A stretch of 60,410 nucleotides of DNA. Source: Catajapyx aquilonaris (taxonomy: Eukaryota). The translations under genes were made by a program, and so were the position numbers. The DNA is taken from positions 124,001 to 184,410 of the forward strand of contig KZ537980.1 of assembly GCA_000934665.2 (NCBI GenBank), given 5' to 3'. Shown one piece after another: positions 24,959 to 40,928 of this stretch (position 1 is the stretch's first letter; every line of letters begins with the position of its first letter). The notes below the pieces were generated by a model. The model searched no databases and had not been told where the DNA came from. It saw only the letters and a program-made list of their open reading frames with translations.

Positions 24959-27900
24959 ATGAACTCGACTTTGGACATGGACGGGAAGGATGAGGTCCAG
25001 AGTGTGTACTCCGGGGTGGTGCAGAGTTTTGCCATTATCCTGTGCGGATATGTGGCAGCTAAGCTCAAGCTGGTGACAGGGACGGAGGCTAAAGGACTGG
25101 GGACTTTTGTGGGATGCTACTGCCTTCCAGCACTCATTTTTACTTCTCTAGCGCAGCTTGATTTTACGTGAGTTGGGTGGAATGGCAATTTTCGTATTTT
25201 GTTTTTTTTTTGTCCATATATTTAAGAGTGTGCCACATTTCAGGTCTGTCAACTGGACTTTCTTGTTGGCAATCTTTATCTCCAAGGCTGTAATATTTTT
25301 TATGGTGATGGCTGTTTCGGCCATAATCAGCCATCCTCCAAGATTAGGAAAGAGTGGACTCTACCCTATACTGTGCACCCAAAGCAACGACTTCGCAGTT
25401 GGATTTCCAATCGGTAATAAACCAACCGTAAACTAAGCATGTTTGACCCTGGAGCATGAAATGCCATTTTATCGTCAGACCATTTCATTTTTATTGCATT
25501 GATACTCATATATGAGACACTAGCAGGTTACCCGGCGTTGCCCGGGTATGTTGGGGTGCTGGTAAAGATAGGGGTACATATCTGTGATAGATTACCTGCT
25601 TGTCTTATAGCATACAGTCGACACGGATATTCTGATAGGATGTGTAAAAGGAGGACCCTGCATGTTTGACCCCTTGACCCCCCAACCCCACTTCATACCC
25701 CCACCTCGTTCCATATGTTTGCTCTGAATAACTTTAGAAATGTACATACAGATGTATGATGGGAAATTTTGTTTTCAACACGGAGTAATATTTTGCAAGT
25801 ACTGTATTATTTAATTGCATTTACTTTGTCTGGAAGTCTACTTTCAAATCCCACAAAATCCCGGAATTACCATAAGATACGAAGTCACGTGAGGTGGCCA
25901 ATTAGAGTAATTGGTGGATGCGCTGAATTTACGGAGATGGTTTAATTTGCAAGGTATTGTGGCATAAGGGCATTTCCTAGGGGAGACAAAGTGGCGCTGC
26001 GGAAACGTCGGGTTCGATCCCAGCCCGGAGTTCCCTCCTTCATCCCGTGCAGAGTTGGGTCGTCTCTGGCTTCGTTTCGGGTGGAATCTCCTCAGACCCC
26101 GGGGGAGTTCACAAAATATACCGTTTGAGAATTGCACTTGCACCTTGCACATCCCCTCCCAGTCACCCTGCCCGTGGGCCCGGGCGCTACGTCAAAAAGG
26201 TTCCATCAAGACGAAATAAAGGTTCCCCCCCCTGCGGTACGATGCAGGGAGGTAAATAGCTTAAAAAAAAGAGAGGCATTTCCATGGGAATGCAAATTGG
26301 AATTGATGTCAGCTAATTGTTGAGGCAGGAATATGCGTGTTGTGGGAGTTAGGTACATTTTCGGAAGCTGAAACATGCGGCGTTAGATTCCTTGGAAAAA
26401 GTAACCCCCGATATGCTAATTTAAGGCGGTGTAAGGGCCTTCCCCTGGATTTCTATAAGGGACAAACAAACTAACAATGAAGCTTCCTCATTTATAGATT
26501 AAGAAGATTAAAATTTTCAACATTTGATTTGTGTGACATTAAACAGTGGTGTATTTTTTAATATCATGATTACATACCGAAGCAGTAGTGGTGTAGTGGA
26601 TATGGTGTCCGACTGCTAATCGGGAGGTCCTGGGTTCGAGTCCCGGAGGCCGGCGGTCCTGACCTTGGTTTTTTGTGGTTTTCCAAGGTCACCCCAGGGT
26701 AATCCCGGGATCGTACCGTTAAATAGGCCACAGCCGCTTCCTTCCTTCCCTGTCCTGGAGGAGGCACGGTGTTCGGTGGGGAGCTTCCGGCCGCGCCTAG
26801 GGGGGTGTCTAAGCTTGGCCCCCTGAGGGACTGCACATGGCCCCCACCACAGGACAATGCACTGCACCTTTGTTCCTCCCTCCCTATCCCTGCACCAGTG
26901 AGATTGAAAAGCATAGAAAAATGGAGATCTCCTCCCCCTGCATTGACCAATTGGACTCAAGGGGGAACGAAAAATAAAATAAATAAATAAATAAAATATC
27001 ATGATTACATGCACATAAATGAAGTGATGTGCTGTATGCATATTTGTTTAAAGTATTGATATTTCCTTGTAATAAGTGAATTATACCAGTTTTTCTTTGC
27101 TTTGCAGTGTACAGCTTGTACCACTTGAGCAACCCTGACTATGCTCGCTACCTCTACTTAATTGCCCCGATCAACTTGGTGATGCTGAACCCCATTGGAT
27201 TCTTACTGATGGAGCTTGAAAAGGAAAAGGAAAGTCGTCAAAGGGGGCAGCATCGTCACTGGTGTTGTGTAGCCCTGGCTGTCTTCCGTGGTATTCTCCT
27301 AAACCCAGTGGTGCTTATGACTCTGTTGGGGATAGCAGGCAACTTCATCTTTGCCCAGAAAGTGCCTGCACTCCTTTCGGGTGTCCTTCAAGTCCTTGGA
27401 TCTGCCTTCAGTGGAACTGCCCTTTTCCTTCTTGGACTGAGAATGGTATCAAATGCACAGGACTATCGAGCTTCTGGATTGGTGGCCACTGGTGTTCTCA
27501 TAACTATCAAAACGTAAGAAGGGTCACCGAAGTGAGAGTAACGTTAGTCCATGAAGGTGTGTTTTTTCTACAGTGTTTTTCATTTGCAGGTTTCTCCTCC
27601 CAGTGGTAACCCAGGAAGTGGTGTACCTTCTCAACTGTGGTTCCACGCCTAATGAGACACTGTCCTTGAGCAATTTTGGCTTCCTTTATGGGACCTTCCC
27701 AACAGCTCCTGGTGCCTTTGTGTATGCTTCCCAGTACGAGCTGGGAGTTGACATGGCTGCAAGGGCTCTCGTTGGATCCACCTTCCTCTCGGCCCCTCTG
27801 ATGCTCACCTCTGCCAAGATGATCTCCATGGCATCACTTCCACCATCAGACTACATATCTGATTTTCACACCTTTCTCTTTGACCTCTCCATCTTTGGAT

Positions 27901-29650
27901 TAGTGGTCACTGTACGTTCTGATATTAATTAGGGTTACTCATTTAATTTGGTGATAAAAGTACTTAGGTTGTTCTGATTTTATGACAGATATGGGTGATA
28001 CTTGTGTACCTAGTGCTAAAGAAATGGAAGTATTTTCCACACTGCATGACCCTGCAGTTATTTGTGGCTCAGGTACGTCTAATTATTTCATGTTATTTAA
28101 TCAATCTTGTAACCTTTATTTCACTTTCAGGCCATAGCATGCATTGGAGCAATTGTGTCCTGTACATTGGAGCCAACAGGGTGGCATCAACAACTCCGTT
28201 TCTCACTCTTAGTATATGGAGTCTTTGCAGCTCGAACCTGGACATGTGTGACCGCTGTCACTGTGACATATCTGCAGTGCCGCAGCCTTTGCTTCACCAT
28301 GCGCATGCGCACTCTTCTCACCATCTGTGGATGGGGGTAAGTAGAGTCACGAGCACAAGGACAGAAACTTGGGGAGAAGCTCCACCTCCTTACCAAGTTT
28401 GTCTCCTTCAGCAACTGGACATCACCTTTGAAAAGTACCTAGAAACTTATTGGGTCTTACTTTGACAGGGTCCCTGGAGCTCTGCTGGCCATTCTGCTCT
28501 TCATTTCCCCAGACAGTATTAAGCACCCTGTGTTCGAATATGGGCAAGTGGAAGCCATCATCACACTTGTGCTACTTGCAGTTTCATTTTCAGGTGAGCT
28601 TAGGTATATTACTTCTTGTGCACTTTCATCAAAGATTTTTCATGTTTAAAAACGGCAAGAGCTCAGAATTTCATGGTTGAATACTGTTACTAGAAAAATC
28701 GTAGACGCTTTCGCATTCAAGCTTTGAGGTATGAATTGGACATTTCAATTTGCCTGGATGCAAAATGTTACGTAATTTTCTGTAGAAAAGGTAGAATCTG
28801 CTTTGTTGGTGTAAGAGAGGCTATAACAACTCTCTGTGTAATTCTATTTGTAGTTACATTTGGCTGCTTGGTTGTCCAGCAAAGGCACTACAGGAGGCAA
28901 TGTCAACGCACTGAATCAACAGTGGAAGTCTGCCCTGCACTGGAAGAACCACCAGAACATAATGGTATTGTCTTGTAACTTCATATCAATTGTTTATATC
29001 TCACGAGTTTCGTTACAGATACACATGATGAAGTTACTGACATTGAGGATCTGATCCCAAGGCAAGATCGTGCCATCAGGTGGGTTAACTTGTTCTGCCG
29101 CTTTCTATAACTACCAATAAACACCAACTTTTGCATTTGCAGTACCAACATCGTACATGACACATGTCCCCAATCTTTCCCCTGTGATGCAACACAACAC
29201 AAACAATGCGTCCGGATGATTCGTGATCAGCGATCTGCTGGGCTGGGCATTAACAATGACGCATGGAACCATCAGCAGCGCTTTCGGCATATTGTCCTTT
29301 TAGTCCTTTTGTGTTCATCCATGGTTGTGGTAAGAAAAGAAATATTTTTCTAGTACACTGACAAGCTCCGCTTAACTGAATTCACTAAATGTTGATTGTG
29401 TTGTTTGTAATCAACACGCAAAATAATTCAGTGGTGGTTCTTTTTGTTGACTTTTAAGCTGCATTAACTAATGTGCATCCTTTTTTTCTAGGGCATTGCA
29501 ATTTCTCTCTGGACACTTGTTCTTGAAGAAATGTCTGGAATTTATGCAGAACTAGTCTTCCTGGATGCTGCTTTTAACTTTGGACAAGGTTTTATAGCCT
29601 TCCTTCTGTTCGGACTGAACCGACGCATATTCAGTCTGTTCAGACGCTGA
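24959..29650 (+). CDS. GPR155: Integral membrane protein GPR155/LYCHOS (Drosophila anchor-like), ~679 aa, 11 coding exons
   Basis: Exons 24959-25167, 25244-25413, 27108-27513, 27590-27911, 27989-28072, 28131-28336, 28469-28593, 28854-28964, 29019-29079, 29143-29329 and 29492-29650 total 2040 nt in frame. Motifs: QSFAIILCGY..EAKGLGTFVG..LPALIF, ILCTQSNDFAVGFPI, YLYLIAPINLVMLNPIGF, FGFLYGTFPTAPGAFVYASQY, RHIVLLVLL, SGIYAELVFLDAAFNFGQGF. Confidence 0.9.
25520..26498 (-). mobile_element. Non-autonomous Helitron (Lep1-like ends), copy 1, carrying a SINE
   Basis: On the minus strand: A|TCTATAAAT...GTTTGTTTGTCC at the 5' end, and the 3' hairpin ACCCGGGCAACGCCGGGT followed by CTAG|T. It is inserted in an AT dinucleotide with no TSD and is highly similar to 39860-40928. 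Confidence 0.85.
25980..26270 (+). mobile_element. tRNA-derived SINE (family B) inside Helitron copy 1
   Basis: GGGGAGACAAAGTGGCGCTGCGG head, B box GGTTCGATCCC, poly-A end and degenerate GCATTTCC flanks. Homologous to the head and body of 39297-39624. Confidence 0.75.
26576..26994 (+). mobile_element. tRNA-derived SINE (family A) with (AAAT)n tail and 16-bp TSD
   Basis: TSD AATATCATGATTACAT at 26560-26575 and 26995-27010. A box TGGTGTAGTGG, anticodon-like arm TCCGA-CTGCTAA-TCGGG, B box GGTTCGAGTCC. Confidence 0.9.
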
Positions 29651-30802
29651 TTCAGCCTTTGACTTGCTTTTAGACTTGACCATGTGCAATGTCATTTTGA
29701 ATGCGGATGTGATAAGAGGCGTGGTATTAGTGCTGCTTCCGGAATACTTGGCATTGCAATGAGGTTTTTTCCATAGCGTGACTGTCATGCTGCTTTATGA
29801 AAGGAAGTTCATCTTACTGGTCAATAATATTTTGCCCTACTGCTTGGTTTAAAGAATGCCATCACATCTCATGAGTTCAGGGATTATACTGCAGACTTGG
29901 TTGTTGCCAATACCTTTGAAGTCAGTTTCAAAAGCAGATGTTTTGGAAGAAATTTCCAAGTAATTTACTGACATCAAGAATCTCGATCAGTGGCAATCTG
30001 ACATGAACATGAGCCAGAATAGGGTGAACTCCAATGAATAGGTAGTGTTACATTCTGGAAAATGTGGACTTGGAATACACCCCGGATGAAAAATATTTTA
30101 TGAGCCTGTCACCTACTTATTGCTCTTTTTTTTTAAGTAGCTACTTGTACTGCTACTAGGCAAGCTGTGATATTTAGCTTAAAGTGAGAGAATAGTACAA
30201 GGTACACTAAAAGTACATTGAGTTTTTACCTACCTTTTAAAATGCTAGACCTCTTCTTCATGCCTTGCTTTCATTTGGTGATGGTTCAAATCCCATTACA
30301 AGCCAAAAATTTCCCAGCACAATAAATCCAGCCGCACATTAAGAATTGATTTATTTTTGAATCATACGACTGATATTTATTTTCATAAAATCTGGAACAT
30401 TGTCATTTTGGAATAAACAAGGAGATGCAGTTAAGGTATGGGAAGAATTAATTGTAAACTGCTTGACCCCTCCAGTCTGGATTGGGACATTCAAAAGGAG
30501 TTCATGATAATCAAGAAACAGAAAAGTTTAGGGTCTGAGAATTCTATATTTTTCTCTGAGGCATTATTTAAAATTGTTTTAAACAATGCCTTACAGAAAA
30601 ACTGCATTATTTAAATTATCATAAACATCATTGCAAAATATTGCAATTTTTAACGATGAAAAAACCTGTAGATATCTTTAAATTAACACTCCATTTCCCC
30701 TCAGTTCCGAATAATGACAATGTGGATTATATGTCAAGAAATGCAGTCTCTTACTTACAGACGAACAAATAAAAGGAACTTACGGTACAAAAAGTGTTTT
30801 CT

Positions 30803-34357
<3,555 letters not shown>

Positions 34358-34429
34358 CCTTGCTTCAAACCTGCACCAAAAACCGGCCCAAAATGCTACA
34401 AAAACGACGAACCGGCGACGAACGACGCT

Positions 34430-35760
34430 TCACAAGGACGCCATCTTGAACCACAAAGTTGCCAGACCAAACTGACGAATCACCACGCCACTATTTAACC
34501 ACAAACATTTAATGCTTAAACCCAGCTAAATACAACTAGCTGCGCAATATTAAGTCGCACTGCAATTTCGGATTTAAAATAATGTAAAATGTCATAACTG
34601 CGCGTCACACACGTCGCAAAATTATGCGCAATTTTTTAACAACATGCCAGTTGCGGCCAGTTGCATGCCCGACTTTTTAATTATTTCGATATCAACTGTA
34701 ATGATTAAAATGGATAATAATTGATCCGCATGTCACTGATATCCAGCTAATAGGGTGCTACTAGTAGCTAATATATTAGCTTGCCACCTGCGGCCTTGAA
34801 GCGCATTCCCAGTGCTGCCAACAGATGGCGGGAGGACCGTAATCCATTCCAGTATAAAAATTCAATCGGACCGGAACATGCGCAGGGGCCTGGTTAGATA
34901 AATGCCGCGGGGTGGAATAAGGGTGGTTGGAAAATGAGGGGGGCTGACAGCAGGGGGGCGATAGGGGGAGAGAAGCAAGCCCTGACCGAGCTGTGGAGGC
35001 ACCCCACGACCCTTCACTCTAATGGCCACGAGGATAATGATGTGTGTCAGGGACAAACAACAGCGGCTCCGTCTCCCCCCTCGGCCGCGGTTCCCCCCCC
35101 CCCCTTTTTTTTGCGTGACTAGTGACAGCCATTTTATAGAGAGGAAGGAGCAAAATGGCGTGCCTCAAACTGCTCTGGACTTGTCCCCGTGGTTATGTTG
35201 GCGAATTTGCATAAAATTGGGGACTGCATTCGTTGTGGTAAAGCGGGGAAGAAAGAAAACACGGGTGCAATGAAGGGAGAGAAAAAGACACAATGTACGT
35301 AATTAAACTTAGGGCCTACAGTTAAACTCGTTGCGTAACACGGCGTAACATTATCAAGACTCAAAATGGCCGCCGCCTATGTTTCAGCTTCAACAAGATG
35401 GCCGCTTCTTGCACCCCATTGGCTCGTCGCCTATTCGCATTTATCTGGCCCATTGTGCCTTGTTTAGGCCGCGTGTGTGTTAAACTTGATTTTACGTAAA
35501 TGTATGAAGCCCCAGAATGCACTAGTTTCTTTAATAGTTAAAGGAACCGGAAGTACATCCGTAATTGTCCGCCATTTTGTGACCATTCCGTGACGTCACT
35601 GCTTCTAGAACGTTCGCCAGCAGCTTTTTCGTTCCAAGTCGCCTTGACAAGACAGGACATGTCTTCCAGTCGGGTTGTTCAGGCGATACTGGTACTGTAC
35701 CGTGCAGACGTCCAGATGGACATCGCCGGGTACGATTCGTCACGAAGACACCGGCAAGGT
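34430..35760. promoter_or_regulatory. CpG-rich promoter region upstream of EFTUD2 with a YY1/Pho-like motif cluster and a putative divergent first exon
   Basis: Multiple (A/C)A(A/G)ATGGC(G/C)G motifs at ~34439 (-), 34822, 35153, 35363, 35394 and 35570 (-). ETS-like CCGGAAGT at ~35547 and CRE TGACGTCA at 35591. Donor-like CAAG|GTAGGT at 35758/35759. Confidence 0.45.
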
Positions 35761-37707
35761 AGGTGTCAAACGTTGAATCTCGTCACCGAGCAGCGTTGGT
35801 CCCCGGGGCCGCCCAGGGGCAGCTGACAGGGTGCATTCCGGATGCATGAGTTTCGGAAGGAGGGGCGAACACGAACACTTTCGGAGTTTGATGTTGAGTC
35901 ACAGGTCTGCGTTCATTCGGTGATGGAAGCCAAAAAGGGGGGTTAGCCTATTATTATGCTCGAATCGAATGAGCTTCATGGTGGTTTACACAGCACCTTT
36001 GACACTGGATCCGGTCAATATCCGGTCCACTTTTTGGTTGATAAGCACAATATTACCAATACAAATTGCATGTGATGGCATTGATATTATTATTGCGGGC
36101 ACCAACATAATACCTTGGGGACGATTGGCCCAGCCAGCCAGCCTGAGAGAAAAACCAGGTGTTTCCTGCGCGTTTTTCACGACTATATTTCGGGATGTAT
36201 TTTTCGTGGCTTACAGCAGCAAGAGTCAAAGATTTTCTGAAACTGTTTTAAGGAAAGAACAGTCATCCACATTATTTTGCACGTTATCCTTATTATTAGC
36301 GGTTTCATTCGCCTGTAAAATTTTAGCAGTTAGAACTTGAATTTTTCTTGTTCAGTTTCTTACCCGTCCCTATGCTGATGGAGGACCGTATACTTTCAGA
36401 ACCAATGATATACTACTGTATAAATTATCGCCCAGGAGTTTTAGGAAAAAATTAGGCTGAACCCGGACAAAAAGATAATGTAAAGCTGAAAATTTGCACG
36501 CAGGATCTGTTTGGCATGCAGTAATTACAACATATCAAAAGTCCCCGACTCACCCTTGTCGGCGTCTTTTTTGTTTGTTTTTGTTTTTGATTTTGATTTT
36601 TGTTGTTGTTTTTTTGCTCAAGAAGTATACATAAGTGACACACGCCGTGGAATTGGCTATAAAATCGAAACTACTAGTCCAATTTTGCTCGGATTGCTGA
36701 GATGTACAACGTGACTATCAGGCTGGTCACCATACCACCTGCAGCTCAAGGTCATCGTGAAAACGCCCGCCAAGTTTGAATTTTCTCCTTGCACTTTTGA
36801 AAACCTGAAAATAATCCGTTCCGCACAGCAGACTCGACAAAATATGTAGGACGAAAAACGTCTCCGCACATTCTCAGCAGCTTTACAACGATATCCCTGT
36901 CGTATTCGTTGCAAAAGTGGCGATTTTCCTACAACAGACCTCGCGGTTATAACGCAGACCAGGCCTATACATATTATATCCGGATTCAACTGTACATACT
37001 TAGGGCCCTATTAATAGACTGGTCTGGACAACGGAGGAAAGTTACACAGAGGGACAAGCGGCAAGGTATACTAATTCATCAAAGTCGGTCCAACTCCGTA
37101 CAGCGGTACAGTACAGCCTTGAGCCTGTACAGGGACATAATATTTTATACGTCAGGTTGTGCAACTGATAACATTTATGCTGGGAAAGGAACATGTGTAC
37201 AGTTTATTACTATGGAAATTTTACGATGTGCACCTCAGAATTAACTGTGATCAAATGTTATGCTTGAGGCTTTTAGCACATAAAACCTTCACTATACGCT
37301 CGCATTTTTCTAGGCCTACGGCCTGCAGTGCCTAAGTTATACCATATTTTTAATCGCTTCGGATTTTTAGCCAATGTTGATGCCCATTCCCCAATCATAT
37401 GCATACACCCCCGATTCGGTACCCTGCGACCCATCTGCAATCCCACCTTTGCTTTGCATTGGCTGGGAAATATGCATTTTTCACACCATACAACATACCA
37501 ATACCTTTTGAATGTTTAAAAAACCCCAATTATTGTACAGTATGAACAGAAATTCACAACCTCTACTGCTTCTACTCGCATTCCTGTCCCACGTACACAT
37601 CGAGATCTACCATCCAGTGAGAACGCAAAATGCTAGAGCCATCCATCACGTTATGTAGGCCTATAGTTGTGGTTGTGCCTTGTGGCCATCCCATTATACT
37701 TTACACA

Positions 37708-38397
37708 TGCCAGCATTGCGGTTCCAAATTCGTGGGTAGTTTTTTATCACTGATATCGCCCGATAGTAGTTATTTTTTGTATAGCTTGTTGTGCCCATAT
37801 AGCCCATAACCACATGCCCCATTCTATAGCAACGGCAATATATAGAATGGGGCACCTCGTTAGGGGCACAACAAGCTATAAAAAGTAACTCCTATCGGGC
37901 GATATCAGTTATAAAAAACGACCACGAATTTGTAACACCCTGTATACACATCACATCGCCCTACCATATAATTATGTATACGTATATGCTCGATACGCGT
38001 GAGCAGCACTTCAGCATGCTGGTGACATTTATAAAGATGGCACACAACATGCCATTTTATTAGAGGGATTCATCAACCAACGAGAAGTAGTATTCACTCT
38101 TCATCTACCCTCATCATTCTATACGTATACATAATTATATGGTAGGGCGATGGGATGTGTATACAGGGGGTTCCAAATTCGTGGGTCGTTTTTTATAACT
38201 GATATCGCCCGATATGAATTGCTTTTTATAGCTTGTTGTGCCCCTAACGAGGTGCCCCATTCTATATATTGCCGTTGCTATAGAATGGGGCATGTGGTTA
38301 TGGGTTATATGGGCACAACAAGCTACAAAAAAATAACTACTATCGGGCGATATCAGTGATAAAAACTACCCACGAATTTGGAACCGCAATGCTGGCA
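37708..38397. repeat. Long inverted duplication (arms ~279 bp, spacer ~133 bp); each arm contains a mariner-type MITE
   Basis: 37708-37986 is the near-perfect reverse complement of 38120-38397. Within each arm, AAATTCGTGG..TGATATCGCCCGATAG is itself inverted, and the inner MITE end reads CACCCTGTA / TACAGGGG. Confidence 0.9.
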
Positions 38398-39210
38398 GTG
38401 ATGGCACGACAGAATCCATGGGAGCATTGCCCTCCTCCTATACATTAGGTGCCAGAGAGAACATTCCCCTCTCCCTGGGCCTGCGCTGTTTCCCTCCCAA
38501 ACTTTCCAAACTTGCGCCAAAATCCATAATTATACCACTGCTTGTGTTTAGCTCTCGAGAGACACTCTGATGGGCTTATAGAGTTGTATGTTGATTTTTT
38601 AAACTTTGAAATGCTGTGAATAATATTGCATATTCATCGTCACCTCCTAATCTTCCTAGCTAGCACACTTATCTGTAACCTCATCTAATCTAATCTGACC
38701 TTTGGCAGTGATATTACCGTGAAGGTATATGCAGGCGTCCCCAAGGTTGACTTATACGTTCTATACCCAATCATACCGCAAGGTATTATGTCGAGGTCAC
38801 TGCAAATGTCGGTTCGGAGCAGCATCATGGCCACATGAACGAGGACGAGGACATGCTGCTGTGATCCTTGCCAAATCAGTTACATGCAATCTTTCGCCAA
38901 ATCTTTGTTATGCTTGTTATGTTGCTTGTTATGTTGTTGTTGCTTTGTTATGCACTTATGCTTGCACAAGATCAGTAATCAGATTCAGGATGATTAGTAT
39001 AGCCTATATCATTAGCAGTTTTCTAAGTTACTTCATCAATATTATTAACTTATCTATTATCGTCCCGAAATGTATACTGTATATATGATGGGAGGCGTCA
39101 TAGCCCTATAGACAGAAAGTATTGTCCATCACCTTGAGAATTAGGGAATATCTTGCTGGTTATTCAACTTCTAACCACCTGTGCCAACAGGCAACAGCAT
39201 ATTATATATA

Positions 39211-39670
39211 GGGTGGAATTTTCGTCGTACTACTGGTTACTTTTAACTTAGCAGTACCAGGGTAATGCAAGGATACTGCTAAGTTAGTAGTAACTAGGGG
39301 AGGCGGAGTGGTGCTGCGGTAACGCACGCGCCCACGGATGTTAAGGTCTCTGGTTCGATCCCAGCCCGGGGTTTCCCCTTCATCTCGTGCAGAGTTGGGC
39401 CATCTCTGCCTTCGTCTCGGGTGGAAATTTCCGCTAGACTAATCCACCCGGGGGAGTTCACAAAATGACCAATATACGACATTGCACTTGCACTTTGCAC
39501 ATGCCCTCCTATACTTACCCTTTGAACAATTAAAACATGCGCATTATGTACGGTTCCAAACATGGTGGTCTCCCACTCCCCTAACAAGGGACCAGGGCCC
39601 GATAATGGGGTACAGTAAAAAAAAAAGTTAGTAGTAACTATAGTAAGTTAGTACAACGAAAATTCCACCC
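39211..39670. mobile_element. Short MITE interrupted by a SINE insertion
   Basis: TIRs GGGTGGAATTTTCGTCGTACTA and TAGTACAACGAAAATTCCACCC. Confidence 0.7.
39297..39624 (+). mobile_element. tRNA-derived SINE (family B), free copy with 16-bp TSD and poly-A
   Basis: TSD AAGTTAGTAGTAACTA at 39281-39296 and 39625-39640. A-box-like TGGTGCTGCGG, B box GGTTCGATCCC, A-rich tail. Confidence 0.88.
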
Positions 39671-39859
39671 ATTAGTCTAAAACGAGTACTGTATAATGCA
39701 TGTAGTACACTAGTATATACAGTATTATACTCGCAATTGTTCACGTGATATTGTTAACACAGCATATACTGCTGCCTGGTAATCGATCGAAAATGGCGTC
39801 GAGTTTTTGAGAATTCAAGGAAAGCTCATATTACTGACCAGCACCCTCCATATATTATA

Positions 39860-40928
39860 TCTATAAATAAGGAAGCTTGATTGTTAGTTTGTTTGTCCCT
39901 TATAGAAATCCAGGGGAAGGCCCTTACACCGCCTTAAATGAGCATATCGGGGGTTACTTTTTCCAAGGAATCTAACGCCGCATGTTTCAGCTTCCGAAAA
40001 TGTACCTAACTCCCACAACACGCATATTCCTGCCTCAACAATTAGCTTACATCAATAACAATAAATCAATTTGCATTCCCATGGAAATGCTTATCTTTTT
40101 TTTTTAGCTATTTACCTCCCTGCATCGTATACCGCAGGGAGGGAACCTTTATTTCGTCTTGATGGAACCTTTTTGACGTAGCGCCCGGGCCCACGGGCAG
40201 GGTGACTGGGAGGGGGTGTGCAAGGTGCAAGTGCAATTCTCAAACGGTATATTTTGTGAACTCCCCCGGGTGGATTAGTCTGAGGAGATTCCACCCGAAA
40301 CGAAGCCAGAGACGACCCAACTCTGCACGGGATGAAGGAGGGAACCCCGGGCTGGGATCGAACCCGGGACCTTAACATCCGTGGGAGCATACGTTTCCGC
40401 AGCGCCACTTTGTCTCCCCTAGGAAATACCCTTATGCCACAATACCTAGCAAATACCATCTCCGTAAATTCAACGCATCCACCAATTACGCTAATTGGCC
40501 ACCTCACGTGTCTTCGTATCTTATGGTAATTCCGGGAATTTGTGGGATTTGAAAGTAGACTTCCGACAAAGTAAACACAATTAAATAATACAGTATTTGC
40601 AAAATATTACTCCGTGTTGAAAACAAAATTCCCCATCATACATCTGTACGTACATTTCTAAAGTTCTTCAGAGCAAACATATGGAACGAGGTGGGGGTGG
40701 GAAGTGGGGTTGGGGGNGTCAAGGGGTCAAAAATGCAGGGGGAAAAACACATGGCTGTGCAGTCTTTTCCTGGGCCTACTCCATCCGCATTACTCCTTTT
40801 ACACATCCAATCAGAATATCCGTGTCGACTGTACGCTATAAGACAAGCAGGTAATCTATCACAGATATGTACCCCTATATCTTTACCGGCACCCCAACAT
40901 ACCCGGGCAACGCCGGGTAACCTGCTAG
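39860..40928 (+). mobile_element. Non-autonomous Helitron (Lep1-like ends), copy 2, carrying a SINE at ~40096-40419 (-)
   Basis: A|TCTATAAATAAGGAAGCTT...ACCCGGGCAACGCCGGGTAACCTGCTAG|T. Colinear reverse complement of 25520-26498. Confidence 0.87.

Noticed and set aside
26576..26655. tRNA-Ser(GCT)-like gene (also at ~11470-11545 and ~45310-45389)
   Set aside because: It has A/B boxes and an anticodon-like arm but no paired acceptor stem or long variable arm. It continues into a SINE body with tail and TSD, so it is a SINE head, not a tRNA.
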